Assembly: GCA_034521815.1 (NCBI GenBank) | Contig: JAXHLW010000013.1 | Coordinates: 1,088,001-1,152,000, forward strand | Reading direction: 5' to 3' | From: Trueperaceae bacterium | GTDB taxonomy: Bacteria; Deinococcota; Deinococci; Deinococcales; Trueperaceae | Length of the DNA stretch: 64,000 nt | Shown: piece after piece, positions 32,173-44,563 of the stretch | How positions within the stretch are numbered: position 1 is the first letter of the stretch | How the letters are laid out: each line of letters opens with the position of its first letter | Program-made: the position numbers and the translations under genes | Notes under the pieces: model-generated | What the model was told of the DNA's origin: nothing | Databases searched by the model: none | What the model saw: the letters and a program-made list of their open reading frames with translations, nothing else

Positions 32173-33177
32173 ATGGGACTCATCGCGATCACCCGCCGCC
32201 TTCCCGACGTCGCGACCGACCTGCTGAACGACGCGGGTCACGAGATCCGGCTCCACGACACCGATCTTCCGCCGTCCCGCGAGCAGCTGACGCGCCTCGT
32301 GGCCGGCGCGGACGCCGTCGTCTCGCTCCTCTCCGATGCGATCGACGTCGACGTGCTGGACGCTGCCGGGCCCCAGCTGCGCGTCGTCGCGAACTACGCC
32401 GTCGGCCTGGACAACGTGGACCTGGAGACGTGCCGGTCGCGCGGCATCGCGGTCGCGCACACCCCCGGCGTCCTGGACGAGGCCACGGCGGACCTGGCGT
32501 GGACGCTGCTGCTCGCGGTGGCCCGCCGTGTCCTCGAGGGGCACCGTCTGGTGGCGTCCGAACGGTGGACGGGGTGGGCCCCCTTGCAGCTGCTGGGCAC
32601 GGAGCTGCACGGCCGAAGGTTCGGGGTCGTGGGCCTCGGCCGCATCGGAACGGCCGCTGCGCGACGGGCTCGCGGTTTCGGGATGGAGGTCGTGTACCAC
32701 GCCCGCTCGCGGCACGAGCGGGCGGAGGCGGAGCTGCCGGCTCGCAAGGCGAGTCTGGACGAGCTGCTCGCGACCAGCGACGTGGTCAGCCTGCACTGCC
32801 CGTTGACCGAGGCGACACGTCACCTGATCGACGCACGCGCCCTCGCGACCATGAAGCCGTCCGCGATCCTCGTCAACACCGCGCGCGGAGAGGTGGTGGA
32901 CGAGCAGGCGCTGGTCGAGGCGCTCGGCGAAGGCCGGATCGCGGGGGCCGGCTTGGACGTGTTCGAGCGCGAGCCGCGCATCCATCCTCGCCTGCCCGCC
33001 CTGCCCAACGTCGTTCTGGCTCCGCATCTCGGTTCGGCGACCGTGGCGACGCGCGAGGCGATGGCGCGGCTGGTGGCGGACGCCGTCATCGGCGTCCTGG
33101 CCGGCCGCGAGCCCGCGAACCTGGCGGTGCGCCCGGGTGTCGACACCGACGGAAGCGGACGTGCCTCCGGGCCGTAG
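32173..33177 (+). CDS. D-2-hydroxyacid dehydrogenase (glyoxylate reductase/D-glycerate dehydrogenase type)
   Basis: AVGLDNVD, HTPGVL.EATAD, GLGRIG, LHCPLT, NTARG, AGLDVFE.EP, PHLGSAT. Confidence 0.92.
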   Translation: MGLIAITRRLPDVATDLLNDAGHEIRLHDTDLPPSREQLTRLVAGADAVVSLLSDAIDVDVLDAAGPQLRVVANYAVGLDNVDLETCRSRGIAVAHTPGVLDEATADLAWTLLLAVARRVLEGHRLVASERWTGWAPLQLLGTELHGRRFGVVGLGRIGTAAARRARGFGMEVVYHARSRHERAEAELPARKASLDELLATSDVVSLHCPLTEATRHLIDARALATMKPSAILVNTARGEVVDEQALVEALGEGRIAGAGLDVFEREPRIHPRLPALPNVVLAPHLGSATVATREAMARLVADAVIGVLAGREPANLAVRPGVDTDGSGRASGP

Positions 33178-33209
33178 ACCCGGACGCTTTCCGGTCGACG
33201 GAAAGGAAC

Positions 33210-33243
33210 ACGTCGCTGGCGCCCCGCGGGGCGCCAGCGACGT
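33210..33243. terminator. Hairpin between convergent genes (probably bidirectional)
   Basis: ACGTCGCTGGCGCCCC-GC-GGGGCGCCAGCGACGT. Confidence 0.7.
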
Positions 33244-33267
33244 GCAGGCGTTCGGCCTGTGACGCGC

Positions 33268-35412
<2,145 letters not shown>

Positions 35413-35443
35413 TCACGACGTGGGCCCCCGCTCGAACCCCTCG

Positions 35444-35473
35444 ATCATACCCCGAACGCGGCCGGGTCGTCAA
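35444..35473 (-). promoter_or_regulatory. Putative gyrB promoter
   Basis: Minus strand TTGACG-N18-TATGAT. Confidence 0.55.
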
Positions 35474-35611
35474 ACGATTCGTGCCGTCCTGGACGGGACA
35501 AACCTTGCGTACGAGCGAGCTCGGCAAGGGCGCGCCGCGGACCGATCGGCGGATCGACGGACGCGCCGATCGCGCCACCGACCCGCCGATCGACACGCCG
35601 ATCGACACGCC

Positions 35612-36868
35612 TCAGACGCGGACCTGGCCGTCGCCGTCGACGAGGTACTTGCGGGTGACGAGATGCTCGAGCCCCATCGGTCCACGAGCGTGCAGCTTCT
35701 GCGTGCTGATCCCGATCTCGGCACCGAAACCGAACACGAATCCGTCCGTGAACCGCGTCGAGGCGTTCACGTACACCGCCGCGGCGTCCACACCCTCCTG
35801 GAACGCGCGGGCCGCCGAGCGCGAGGCCGTCACGATCGCCTCGCTATGTCCGCTTCCCCACCGTCCGATGTGCTCGATCGCGTCGTCGACACCGTTCACG
35901 ACGCGCACCGCGAGAATCAGGTCCAGGTACTCCTCGGCCCAGTCCTGATCGGTCGCCGGCTCCATCGCCACCACCGCCCGGGCACGCTCGCACCCCACCA
36001 GGCGCACGCCGTCCGCCCGCAACGCCTCTGCGATGCGCGGCAGGAACGCGCCGGCCACCTCCTCGTCCACGAGCAAGGTCTCGGCCGCGTTGCACACGCC
36101 CGGCCGCTGGACCTTCGCGTTGCGTACGATCGCCGCCGCGGACGCGAGGTCCGCGTCGGCGTGCACGTACACGTGACAGTTGCCGACGCCCGTCTCGATC
36201 ACGGGAACCTTCGCCGTCTCCACCACGTGCGCGATCAGCGAGGCGCCGCCGCGAGGGATCACCAGGTCCACCCTGCCCCGCGCCGAGAGCAGCTCGGTCA
36301 CGTAGCCGCGGTCGGGGCTGTCGATCAGCTGGACCGCGTCGGCCGGCAGGCCGGCTCCGACCAGTCCACGGCGCATCGCGGCCACCAGCGCACGGTTGCT
36401 GCGAAGCGCCGAGGCGCTGCCGCGAAGCACCGCGGCGCTGCCGGCCTTGATCGCCAGCGCTGCGGCGTCGACCGTCACGTTGGGACGCGACTCGTAGATC
36501 ATGCCGATGACGCCGAACGGCACGGTCACCTCGCGCACGTCCACGCCCGCCTCGAGCCGCCAGCCACGCAGAACGCGGTGAAGCGGATCGGGAAGGGCGG
36601 CGACCTGCTCGCACGCGACCGCGACCTTGTCGAGTCGCTCCTCGTCGAGACGCAGCCGGTCCACCAACGAGGCCGCCGTACCGCGACGAACCTCCTCGTC
36701 GACGTCCAACGCATTGGCCTCCAGGATCGCCCGGGCGTCCTCGCGCAGGGCGGCCGCGACGGCGCCCAGACCCGCATCGCGCGGACCTGCAGGGAGCTGA
36801 CGCTGGGCGAGCCGCGCCCCATCGAGGAGCGCGACGAGATCGACGGAAGGAGGAGATACCGAGGTCAT
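35612..36868 (-). CDS. proA: Glutamate-5-semialdehyde dehydrogenase
   Basis: VPFGVIGMIYESRPNVT, IPRGG, GVCNAAETLL, NASTRFTDG..FGAEIGISTQKLHARGPMGL. Confidence 0.97.
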   Translation of the reverse strand: MTSVSPPSVDLVALLDGARLAQRQLPAGPRDAGLGAVAAALREDARAILEANALDVDEEVRRGTAASLVDRLRLDEERLDKVAVACEQVAALPDPLHRVLRGWRLEAGVDVREVTVPFGVIGMIYESRPNVTVDAAALAIKAGSAAVLRGSASALRSNRALVAAMRRGLVGAGLPADAVQLIDSPDRGYVTELLSARGRVDLVIPRGGASLIAHVVETAKVPVIETGVGNCHVYVHADADLASAAAIVRNAKVQRPGVCNAAETLLVDEEVAGAFLPRIAEALRADGVRLVGCERARAVVAMEPATDQDWAEEYLDLILAVRVVNGVDDAIEHIGRWGSGHSEAIVTASRSAARAFQEGVDAAAVYVNASTRFTDGFVFGFGAEIGISTQKLHARGPMGLEHLVTRKYLVDGDGQVRV

Positions 36869-36941
36869 GTCGGCAAGGATAGCCCGGCGAACGTACGCGT
36901 TCGCGCTCCGAACGTAGACTCGCTCCCGACGGGAGGACGAC

Positions 36942-37676
36942 ATGACCGACGCCACGCGACAGAAGGGGCCCGGCTCCGACGACGCTTCCACGGCCGGCCG
37001 CGCTCCTCGCCACGCCGTGATCAGCGGCGCGGCCGGAGGGCTGGGCTCCGTTCTGGCCGCCACGTTCGAAGACCACGGATGCCGACTGGTGCTACCCGCC
37101 CGCTCCGGCCTGGACGAGCTGCGCGCAGCGCACCCAGGCGCCCGCGTCGTCGAGGCCGACCTGACCGATCCGGGCGACTGTCGCCGGGTCGCCGCCGACG
37201 CGCGCGAGGCGTTCGGCATCATCGACGCCGTCCTGAACGTCGCTGGAGGCTTCGCCACGACCTCGGCGCTGGAGCTGTCCGCCGCCGATCTGGAGAAGCA
37301 GCTCGACCTCAACCTGCGAACCGCGGTCCAGCTCACCAGCGCGTTCTTGCCAGCGATGGTCGAGCAGGGCGCCGGCAACGTGATGGCCGTCTCGGCGGGC
37401 GCGGCGCGCGGCGGGAACGGGCTCGGCGCCTACGCCGCCTCGAAGGCGGCGCTCGAGGGCTACATGCGCTCCGTGCGCGCCGAGGTCGAGCCGCACGGCG
37501 TCGCCGTCTCGCTGTTGATCCCCGAGGGGACGATCGACACGGACGCCAACCGGCGCGCGATGCCCGACGCCGACCGTTCGGCCTGGATCGCACCGGTCGC
37601 GCTGGCGGAGGCCGCCTGGTTCCTGGCGACCCGCAGAGCCGGCGGGCACGTCGGAGAGCTGCGCGTGAGCGCCTGA
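36942..37676 (+). CDS. Short-chain dehydrogenase/reductase
   Basis: SGAAGGLG, NVAGG, YAASK, TIDT.ANR; GGGAGG RBS. Confidence 0.88.
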   Translation: MTDATRQKGPGSDDASTAGRAPRHAVISGAAGGLGSVLAATFEDHGCRLVLPARSGLDELRAAHPGARVVEADLTDPGDCRRVAADAREAFGIIDAVLNVAGGFATTSALELSAADLEKQLDLNLRTAVQLTSAFLPAMVEQGAGNVMAVSAGAARGGNGLGAYAASKAALEGYMRSVRAEVEPHGVAVSLLIPEGTIDTDANRRAMPDADRSAWIAPVALAEAAWFLATRRAGGHVGELRVSA

Positions 37677-37705
37677 CGCACCGAGGACGCTGCGCCCGTC
37701 CGCGG

Positions 37706-39310
37706 TCAGCCCAGGTGCACGATTCGCCCCGCCACGACCGTCATTCGGACGCCGAGGCGGTCCAGCCGACCGGCGGTCGGGTCGTCGGACCAGGCCACCA
37801 GGTCGGCGTCCGCACCGGGGCGCAGCACGCCGGAGCGTCCTCCGCGACCGATCGCCGTCGCCGCGCCGCGGGTGTACGCAGCGACGGCGGTGGCAGCGTC
37901 GATCGCCTCGTCCGGCGCCACGATGCGGCCCCCCGCCCCGGTCCGATCGATCGCTGCCCGCAGGCTAGCGGCCGGGTCGGGCGGTGCGACCGGCGTGTCG
38001 CTGCCGAACGCGAGCACGGCGCCCGCAGCGCTCAGGCTGCGAATCGGGTAGGCCCTATCGTGACGGTCGCGCAGTCGCTCGTGAATCGTCGGCGCGTCGA
38101 AGGTGAGGTGCAGCGGCTGCATCGACGCCACGAGGCCCATCCGGCCCAGGCGCGCGACGTCGCCCGGATGGACGTGCTGCGCATGCTCGACGCGCGGACG
38201 CAGGCCGGCGGCGCGCCAGGCGGGCTCCGTGGCTTCGTACGCGTCCAGCAACGCCCGGACGGCCGCGTCGCCGATCGCGTGGCCCACCGGCGTCAGGCCG
38301 GCCGAGATCGCCAGCGCGACACGCTGGGCGAGCACGTCCGGAGGGGTCAACACCATCCCGACGTCGCTCCCGCCGTCGTACGGCTCCAGCATCCAGGCGG
38401 ACAAGCTGCCCAGGGCACCGTCGACGAAGAACTTCGCGCCCCCCAGCGTGAAGCGATCGCCCCCGATCCCTGTCGCCAAGCCGATCGACAGAGCGGACTC
38501 GATCTCCTCCTGCGGCAGGCAGGCCCAGACCCGCATGGGAAACGCGTCGTCGCTGGCCGCGAGGGCCAGGGCCCTGAAGTTGTCGGGCGGCTCGAACGCC
38601 ATCTGGTGAACGGTCGTGATGCCCAGGGCGTTCAACGAGCGCGCACCCGACGTGATCGCCTCGCGAAGCTCCGCGGGCGTGGCCGGGGTGACGGCGCGCG
38701 CGACGACGGCGACGGCGCCCTCGAGAAGATGTCCGCTGGGCGAGCCGTCCGCGCGTCGCTCGAACACGCCGCCCTCCGGATCGGACGTGCCCGCGTGCAC
38801 GCCGGCTCGCTCGAGGGCAGCGCCGTTCGCGAGACCGCTGTGGTGGTCCTGCGAACGGAGCAGCACGGGATGGGCAGGGAGCACCGCGTCCAACGCCTCC
38901 CGGTCGGGATGACGCAGACCCCAGCGCTGGAGGGCGAACCCGGTACCCAGCACCCACGTTCCCGCGGGGACCGACGCAGCCCGGACCCGAAGGCGCTCCA
39001 GCGCCTCGTCCAGCGAGGCCGTATCGCCCAGCTGCACCTGCGACAGCTCCTGGCCGTGGAACCCGAGGTGGACGTGCGAATCGTGGAACCCGGGCGTGAG
39101 GACGGCGCCCCCGACGTCGACGGTCTCGGCGCCGGGTGCCAGACGTGCGCGGACCTCCGCCTCGTCGCCGACGGCGAGCACGCGCCCTCCTCGGACGGCG
39201 ACGGCTTCGGCGACCGGTCGCTGGTCGTCGAGGGTGCGAACCGAGCCCCCGACGAACAGTCGGTCGCGGAGCGGGTCGAACGAGGAATCGGGGTCGGTCG
39301 CGTACGGCAC
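37706..39310 (-). CDS. Amidohydrolase (Amidohydro_3/YtcJ-like)
   Basis: PGFHDSHVH, KFFVDGALGS, HAIGDAA, RVEHAQ, FGSDTPV; CAGGAG RBS before GTG. Confidence 0.9.
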   Translation of the reverse strand: MPYATDPDSSFDPLRDRLFVGGSVRTLDDQRPVAEAVAVRGGRVLAVGDEAEVRARLAPGAETVDVGGAVLTPGFHDSHVHLGFHGQELSQVQLGDTASLDEALERLRVRAASVPAGTWVLGTGFALQRWGLRHPDREALDAVLPAHPVLLRSQDHHSGLANGAALERAGVHAGTSDPEGGVFERRADGSPSGHLLEGAVAVVARAVTPATPAELREAITSGARSLNALGITTVHQMAFEPPDNFRALALAASDDAFPMRVWACLPQEEIESALSIGLATGIGGDRFTLGGAKFFVDGALGSLSAWMLEPYDGGSDVGMVLTPPDVLAQRVALAISAGLTPVGHAIGDAAVRALLDAYEATEPAWRAAGLRPRVEHAQHVHPGDVARLGRMGLVASMQPLHLTFDAPTIHERLRDRHDRAYPIRSLSAAGAVLAFGSDTPVAPPDPAASLRAAIDRTGAGGRIVAPDEAIDAATAVAAYTRGAATAIGRGGRSGVLRPGADADLVAWSDDPTAGRLDRLGVRMTVVAGRIVHLG

Positions 39311-39336
39311 GGGGTCGGTCTCCTGTCGGGGCGGCG

Positions 39337-39708
39337 TCAGCGACGCCGGCGGGGCTGGGCGGTCAGGGGCTGGGCGGTCAGGGGCTCGGCGGTCAGGGCG
39401 ATGATCCGGTCCAGGTCGTCGGGCTGGTGCGGATCGTCCAGGGCGGCGCGGTTGCGGCGCTCGGCTCCGCACGTTCGGCAGCGGGTGACGACGACCCAGC
39501 CCTTCTTCGCGCTGTGGTCGGCCCCGACCGGCTCGAGCTCGCCGCCGCAGTCCGAGGCGCGGTCGCCCGGATCCACGTCGACGTGCAGCGACCACAGGCA
39601 GGCTGGGCAGTGGTTGCGGACCGATCCGTTCGCCAGCGGCCGCACGTCGCAGCCGCAGTGGACGCACACGAACCCGACGTTGGTGCCCCTGACCGTGAAC
39701 CGTTTCAC
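39337..39708 (-). CDS. RNHCP domain protein
   Basis: FVCVHCG..SVRNHCPACLWSLHVD..PGDRASDCGG..CRTCG. Confidence 0.88.
   Translation of the reverse strand: MKRFTVRGTNVGFVCVHCGCDVRPLANGSVRNHCPACLWSLHVDVDPGDRASDCGGELEPVGADHSAKKGWVVVTRCRTCGAERRNRAALDDPHQPDDLDRIIALTAEPLTAQPLTAQPRRRR
39351..39398. repeat. 3 x 15-bp tandem repeat in the RNHCP C-terminal tail
   Basis: ggggctgggcggtca twice, then ggggctcggcggtca. Confidence 0.85.
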
Positions 39709-39719
39709 GGTCGTCGAGT

Positions 39720-41168
39720 CTACCCGTCTCGCCCCTCGGCCCGCGTCGCTTCGAATCGGTCGCGGTCGGCCTCGGCCTCCGCCTCCTCGAGCCTCTCGAC
39801 CTTGCCGACGTACGCGTCCGGATCGGCCTTCCGCCGCAGGCCGTTCGCGTTCATGTAGCGGACCTTGCCGTACACGGCGCGCTCGGCCCAGGCGCGGTCG
39901 TGCAGCCCGAAGCACCAAGCCACGCCCGCGTAGCTGTTCGGGTCGCGGCCGTCCAGGAACCAGCGATCGTTGAGGCGGCGAACACGGTCGAACGCCTCCT
40001 CGGGCTCGGCGCTCCACTCCAGGATCTTCTTGCCCCAGTACATCCGCATGTAGTTGTGCATGTAGCCCGTGGCCCGCATCTCGCGCATCGCCGCGTTCCA
40101 GTACGGATCGTGCGTCTCGGCGTTCTCGAACGTCGCATCGTCGTACACGTGATCGCGGGCGTCGTCGCGGTGATCGTTCAAGGTGGCGCGCGCCCACGAC
40201 GGCAGCGTCGCGTAGCGATCGTAGTCGTCCTCGGCGTGAAGCACGAAGTTCACCGCCAGCTCGCGGCGCACGATCAGCTCTTCCAGGAACGCGTCCAGCG
40301 TCCCGGCGTCGGGCGCCGCGTCGCGCGCCCGACGGGCGGCCACGACCGGCGACAGGTGCCCGAAGTGGAGCGATTTGGAGAGGTGGCTGACGTCGTCCGT
40401 CTGCGGCTGATCGCGATGGTCGGCGTAGTCGGCGAAGCGGTCGGTCAGGAACCGGTCGAACGCACGCTCGGCGGTCACCGCGCCGCCCTGGAAGCGTGCG
40501 ACCGGCTCGACGGAGCGATCGACGTCCAGCCGCGCGAGCGTCCCGGCCAGGTCGCGCGGATCGAAGGGGGGCAGGCCGTCTTCGGGGCTCATATCCGGAT
40601 CGCGGCGCCTGGGCTGCCTCGCCGGCGTCTCGACCATGAACCGCTCGACGTGGCGCCACAGCTTGGGTCGGATCGTCCGCGCGGCGTACTCGCGCTTGTC
40701 GCTAGCCAGATCGGCGGGCACGACGACGTCCCCCTCGACCTGCACGACGCGAACGCCCGCCTCGGCCGCGACCCGCCGTCGCCACGCCCGGTGGTGCCGA
40801 AGGTACCCCCGGTCGCACACCACCGACGCCGCGTCCGCCGCGAGGCGCAACGCCACGTCGGGGGGCGAACCGAGCCGCGGTGCGAACGCGACGCCTCTGT
40901 CCCGGAGCCCGTCCGCCACGTCGGACAGGCCTTCGACGAGGTACGCCATATGGCGGAGGTTCGCGCCCGGGTAGGTCTGGTCCAGGCCGAACGTCACCAG
41001 CAGCGGCAGGTCCGCATCGTTCGCCAGGTCGAGCGCGTGCTCCAACGCGGGATTGTCCGCCGTCCGCTGAGATCGCTGCATCCAGTAGAGGACGTAGCGA
41101 CCGTCGCTACGGGTGGGCGCCTCGTTCAGGTCGCGGACGCGGGCGGGATCGACCGGATGCTGAGCCAT
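39720..41168 (-). CDS. Class II CPD photolyase
   Basis: YVLYWMQRSQR..NPAL, EYAARTIRPK, LHFGHLSP, FLEELIVRREL, GYMHNYMRMYWGKKILEW, DGRDPNSY. Confidence 0.93.
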   Translation of the reverse strand: MAQHPVDPARVRDLNEAPTRSDGRYVLYWMQRSQRTADNPALEHALDLANDADLPLLVTFGLDQTYPGANLRHMAYLVEGLSDVADGLRDRGVAFAPRLGSPPDVALRLAADAASVVCDRGYLRHHRAWRRRVAAEAGVRVVQVEGDVVVPADLASDKREYAARTIRPKLWRHVERFMVETPARQPRRRDPDMSPEDGLPPFDPRDLAGTLARLDVDRSVEPVARFQGGAVTAERAFDRFLTDRFADYADHRDQPQTDDVSHLSKSLHFGHLSPVVAARRARDAAPDAGTLDAFLEELIVRRELAVNFVLHAEDDYDRYATLPSWARATLNDHRDDARDHVYDDATFENAETHDPYWNAAMREMRATGYMHNYMRMYWGKKILEWSAEPEEAFDRVRRLNDRWFLDGRDPNSYAGVAWCFGLHDRAWAERAVYGKVRYMNANGLRRKADPDAYVGKVERLEEAEAEADRDRFEATRAEGRDG

Positions 41169-41261
41169 GCCCGACGGTACGGCACCGAGGCCGCCGCCAC
41201 CGTGGGCCAGGGCGCTCGCGCCTGACGCGGCGGCCGTGCGCCTGCGCGTATCCTGACCGTG

Positions 41262-43573
41262 GTGGAGGAGCTCGTTCGTCTGGACAGCGCACGCGTGCTC
41301 GTCGGCGATCGCGCCGTTCTGAGCGACGCGTCGTGGAGCGTTCGACGGGGCGAGCGTTGGGCGCTGTGGGGCCCGAACGGGGCCGGCAAGTCGACGCTGC
41401 TGGCGCTGCTGAGCGGGGCCCTCTGGCCCCACGACGGGACCGTCCGGCGGGCGCCGGGCCTGCGGGTGGCGCTCGTCGATCAGCGAGCGCGTCTGCCGCG
41501 CGGCGAGACGCTGGACGACGCGATCGAGGGTGGCCTGCGCGCCGTCCGCGACGCCGAGGCCGCGATGCGCGCCGAAGAGCGAAGGCTGGCCGACGGCGGT
41601 GGCGACCTGGCGCGCTATGCGGCGCTGCAGGAGGCGTTCGAGCGGACGGGGGGCTACCGAGCCGAGGCGCGGTTGCGCCGCGAGCTCGCGGGCCTTCTGC
41701 CCGGCCGTCCGGCGGAGACGCGGCTCGCCTCGCTGTCCAGCGGCGAGCGACGTCGTGCCGCGGTGGCGCTGGCGCTGGCGGAACGCCCCGAGCTTCTCCT
41801 TCTCGACGAGCCCACCAACGGCCTGGACGCGACCACCCGGCGCTGGCTGGCCGACCGCCTCGCCGGGCTCGCCGGCACCGTGGCCCTGGTCGTCGCGAGC
41901 CACGACCGAGAGCTGCTGGCGCGCGTCTCGAACGCCAGCGCATACGTGGGGGACGGTCGCCTGGAGGCGACCCGGCTGTCGTTCGACCGGGACCGCGAGC
42001 GGCGGGGCGTGCGCGACCGGAGCGAGGCGAAACGCCGGCGACTCCGGGCCCGCGAAGCCGCGCGGCTGGAGGCGGCGGCCGAGCAGGCGCGCCGGCACGG
42101 CTCGCCGGTGCGGACGGCGGCAGCGCGGGCGCTGAGCCGGCGGGCGGCCCGGACCGACGCCGCGGCCAGCAATGAGCACACCGAGCAGCCAGCCGACGCG
42201 CGAGCCCACGACGGCGCCCACCTCGCTGGCCCCGCGACCGCGCGCCGACCTGCGCCCGATTGGACCCTCACGCCGAAGGACGGACGGGCCGGGTCGATGC
42301 TGAGGGCGGAGGGGCTGGCGCGAGAGGGACTGTTCGACGACGTCGCGGTGCGCCTCGATGCCGGCGAGAAGCTCGTCCTGATGGGAGCCAACGGAAGCGG
42401 CAAGTCGACGCTGCTGGCGATGCTGGCGGCCGAGGTGCGGTCGGACCGGCCCGACGCCACGGTATGGCTGCGGCCCGGGGCGCGGGTGCACTGGTGGGAC
42501 GCCAAGAGGCGCGGTCTGGGGGCCGGCGACGTGGCGTCGCAGCTGGCGGCCTGGGTCACGAGCGCACGGGTCGCCTCGCTGTTGGCGCTGGTGCGGCTGC
42601 CCCGCGATCGCTGGACCGCGGAGCCGCACGAGCTGTCGGGGGGCGAGCGGGCGCGCGCCGCACTGGCGCTGCTGATCGCGTCCGAGCCCGACCTGGTGCT
42701 GCTCGACGAGCCCGAGACCGACCTGGATCTCCAGGCGATCGAGCTGTTGGAGCAGGCGCTCGTGGAGACCCGAACCACCGTCGTGCTGGCCACGCACGAC
42801 CTGCGCCTCGCAGGCGCCGTCGGCGACGACGTGCGCAGCCTGTCGGACGGCCACCTCGTCGCGTGGCGCGGCGGGGTCGACGGCTGGCGGAACGGGCGAC
42901 GGAGGCGCGACGGCGGTTCTGCACCGTCGCCGCCCCGGCCGGGTCCGCCTGCGGGGGGTACCCACCCGCCCAGCGTCGTCGAGCTCGAGGACGAGCAAGC
43001 CCAGATCGAGTCGCGCCTCGAGGACCCCACCCGACTCAGCGACCGCGAGCGCGAGCGCTTGGAGGCACGCTCGCGCGAGCTGGTGGCGGCCCGCATGACG
43101 GCGTACGACGCGACGCTGCCGCAGCCCTCACCGCGCTACCGCGCGATCGAGCCGCCGTTGACGCTTCACGCGGACGCCAGCGACGACGGGCTTTCGTTCA
43201 GCGCGACCGACTGGCCGTCGCTGCCCCGCATCCTCCGTTCGGGCGACGTCGTCCACGTGATGCTGCCCGACCCCGAGCGATCCGCCTGGCTACCGTGGGC
43301 GAGGTCGAAGGCGCTGCTGGCCGCCTTGGCGCTGATCTTCCCCGTGCTCGCCCCGACGGCGGTCCAGACGAGGGCCGGACGGGGGCCACCGCCCGCGCCG
43401 TTCGAGGCGCTGGACGACGACTGGTGGGTCGCGTCCCGATCGGCCTGGGAGCGGGCGCAACGCATCGGGACGAGCCGCACCGGACCGAGCGCACCGACGA
43501 CGCGCACGACGAGACGCGCGGGGACGCACCGGAGGGCGGTCCGCCGAAGGCCACCTCGGCGAGGTCGTCGTGA
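41262..43573 (+). CDS. ABC-F family ATPase with C-terminal extension; 3' end uncertain (probable frameshift, otherwise open to 44714)
   Basis: Two NBDs (GPNGAGKS/LSSGE/LLLDEPTN and GANGSGKS/LSGGE/LLDEPET), no TM domain; the TGA at 43571 overlapping the next GTG is out of frame. Confidence 0.75.
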
Positions 43574-44553
43574 GGAGCTTCTCGCGTTTGGCGACCGTCG
43601 GCGTGGCCGTGGCCTTGGGCGTCACGGCCGTGGCGCTCCATCCCAGCGGACCTGCCGCCTGGTCGACGCGGGTCTACCCCGCCTGGAGCGCTGCGATCGT
43701 GCCTCTGACGGAGCGCGCCCCCTGGCCGTGGACGCCGGTCCTGGCGGCGGCGCTCCTCGTCCTCGTCCTGGTCTGGATCGTTCGCGAGCCGCGCCGGCTT
43801 CGCACCTGGACACGGCTGGTGGGCGCCTTGCTCCTCGTCGGCGCGGGATTCGAGGCGTCGTGGGGCTTGCACGCGCTGCGCCCACCTGTCGAGGCTCGCT
43901 TGGGGCTGACGGCGTGGACCGCTTCACCTGCGTCGCAGGACGACATGAGACGGGTCGCCCAGCGGCTCGCCGAGATCGTGAGCCGCGACGTTCCGACCGA
44001 CGCGTTCGACGCGTCCGCGGCCCACGCCTCGGTCGCGAGGTCGCTCGCGACGTTCGCGCCGGCCGTGCGCCTGCCAAGGTCGCCCAAGGTGATTCGTGCG
44101 GGGATCCTGGGTCCGTTGGGCGTCGCGGGCGTGGTGTCGCCTTGGACGCTCGAAGCGCACGTCGACGGTGCGCTTCCGCCCTGGGCGCAAGTGGCGACGG
44201 GCGCTCACGAGGCGGCGCACCTGGCCGGGTACGAGAGCGAGCCCGGCGCGGAGCTGGTCGGTCTGCTGGCCGGCATCCGCGCCGACCATCCGCACGCGCG
44301 CTACGCGTCCGCGCTTCGCGGCTGGGCGGCGATGCCGCTCGCTGCGCGGCGCGGCACGGCGCTCCCGCCGCGCGCCCACGCCGACCTCGGGGCGCTCCAG
44401 GCGGCCGTCGCGACGCGCTGGGAGGGACCCGCGCGACTGCTCTGGTCGACCTACGAGCGCTGGCTGGTGGTCCGCGGGCAGCCCGACGGACTGGCCGGCT
44501 ACGCGGCGGGGCCGCGGCTCCTGGCGTCCGCGGCCCAGGCGGGCTGGTGGTGA
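43570..44553 (+). CDS. Membrane-anchored putative zinc metallopeptidase (DUF3810-like)
   Basis: N-terminal TM helices, GVAGVVSPWTLEAHV, HEAAH.AGY..E motif. Confidence 0.7.
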   Translation: MRSFSRLATVGVAVALGVTAVALHPSGPAAWSTRVYPAWSAAIVPLTERAPWPWTPVLAAALLVLVLVWIVREPRRLRTWTRLVGALLLVGAGFEASWGLHALRPPVEARLGLTAWTASPASQDDMRRVAQRLAEIVSRDVPTDAFDASAAHASVARSLATFAPAVRLPRSPKVIRAGILGPLGVAGVVSPWTLEAHVDGALPPWAQVATGAHEAAHLAGYESEPGAELVGLLAGIRADHPHARYASALRGWAAMPLAARRGTALPPRAHADLGALQAAVATRWEGPARLLWSTYERWLVVRGQPDGLAGYAAGPRLLASAAQAGWW

Positions 44554-44563
44554 GCCTGCGGGC

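Noticed and set aside
36901..36917. Partial resemblance to the Deinococcus RDRM/DdrO box (tcgcgctccgaacgtag)
   Set aside because: Several mismatches, and it lies between proA and an SDR; no convincing copy seen upstream of gyrB, recO or radA
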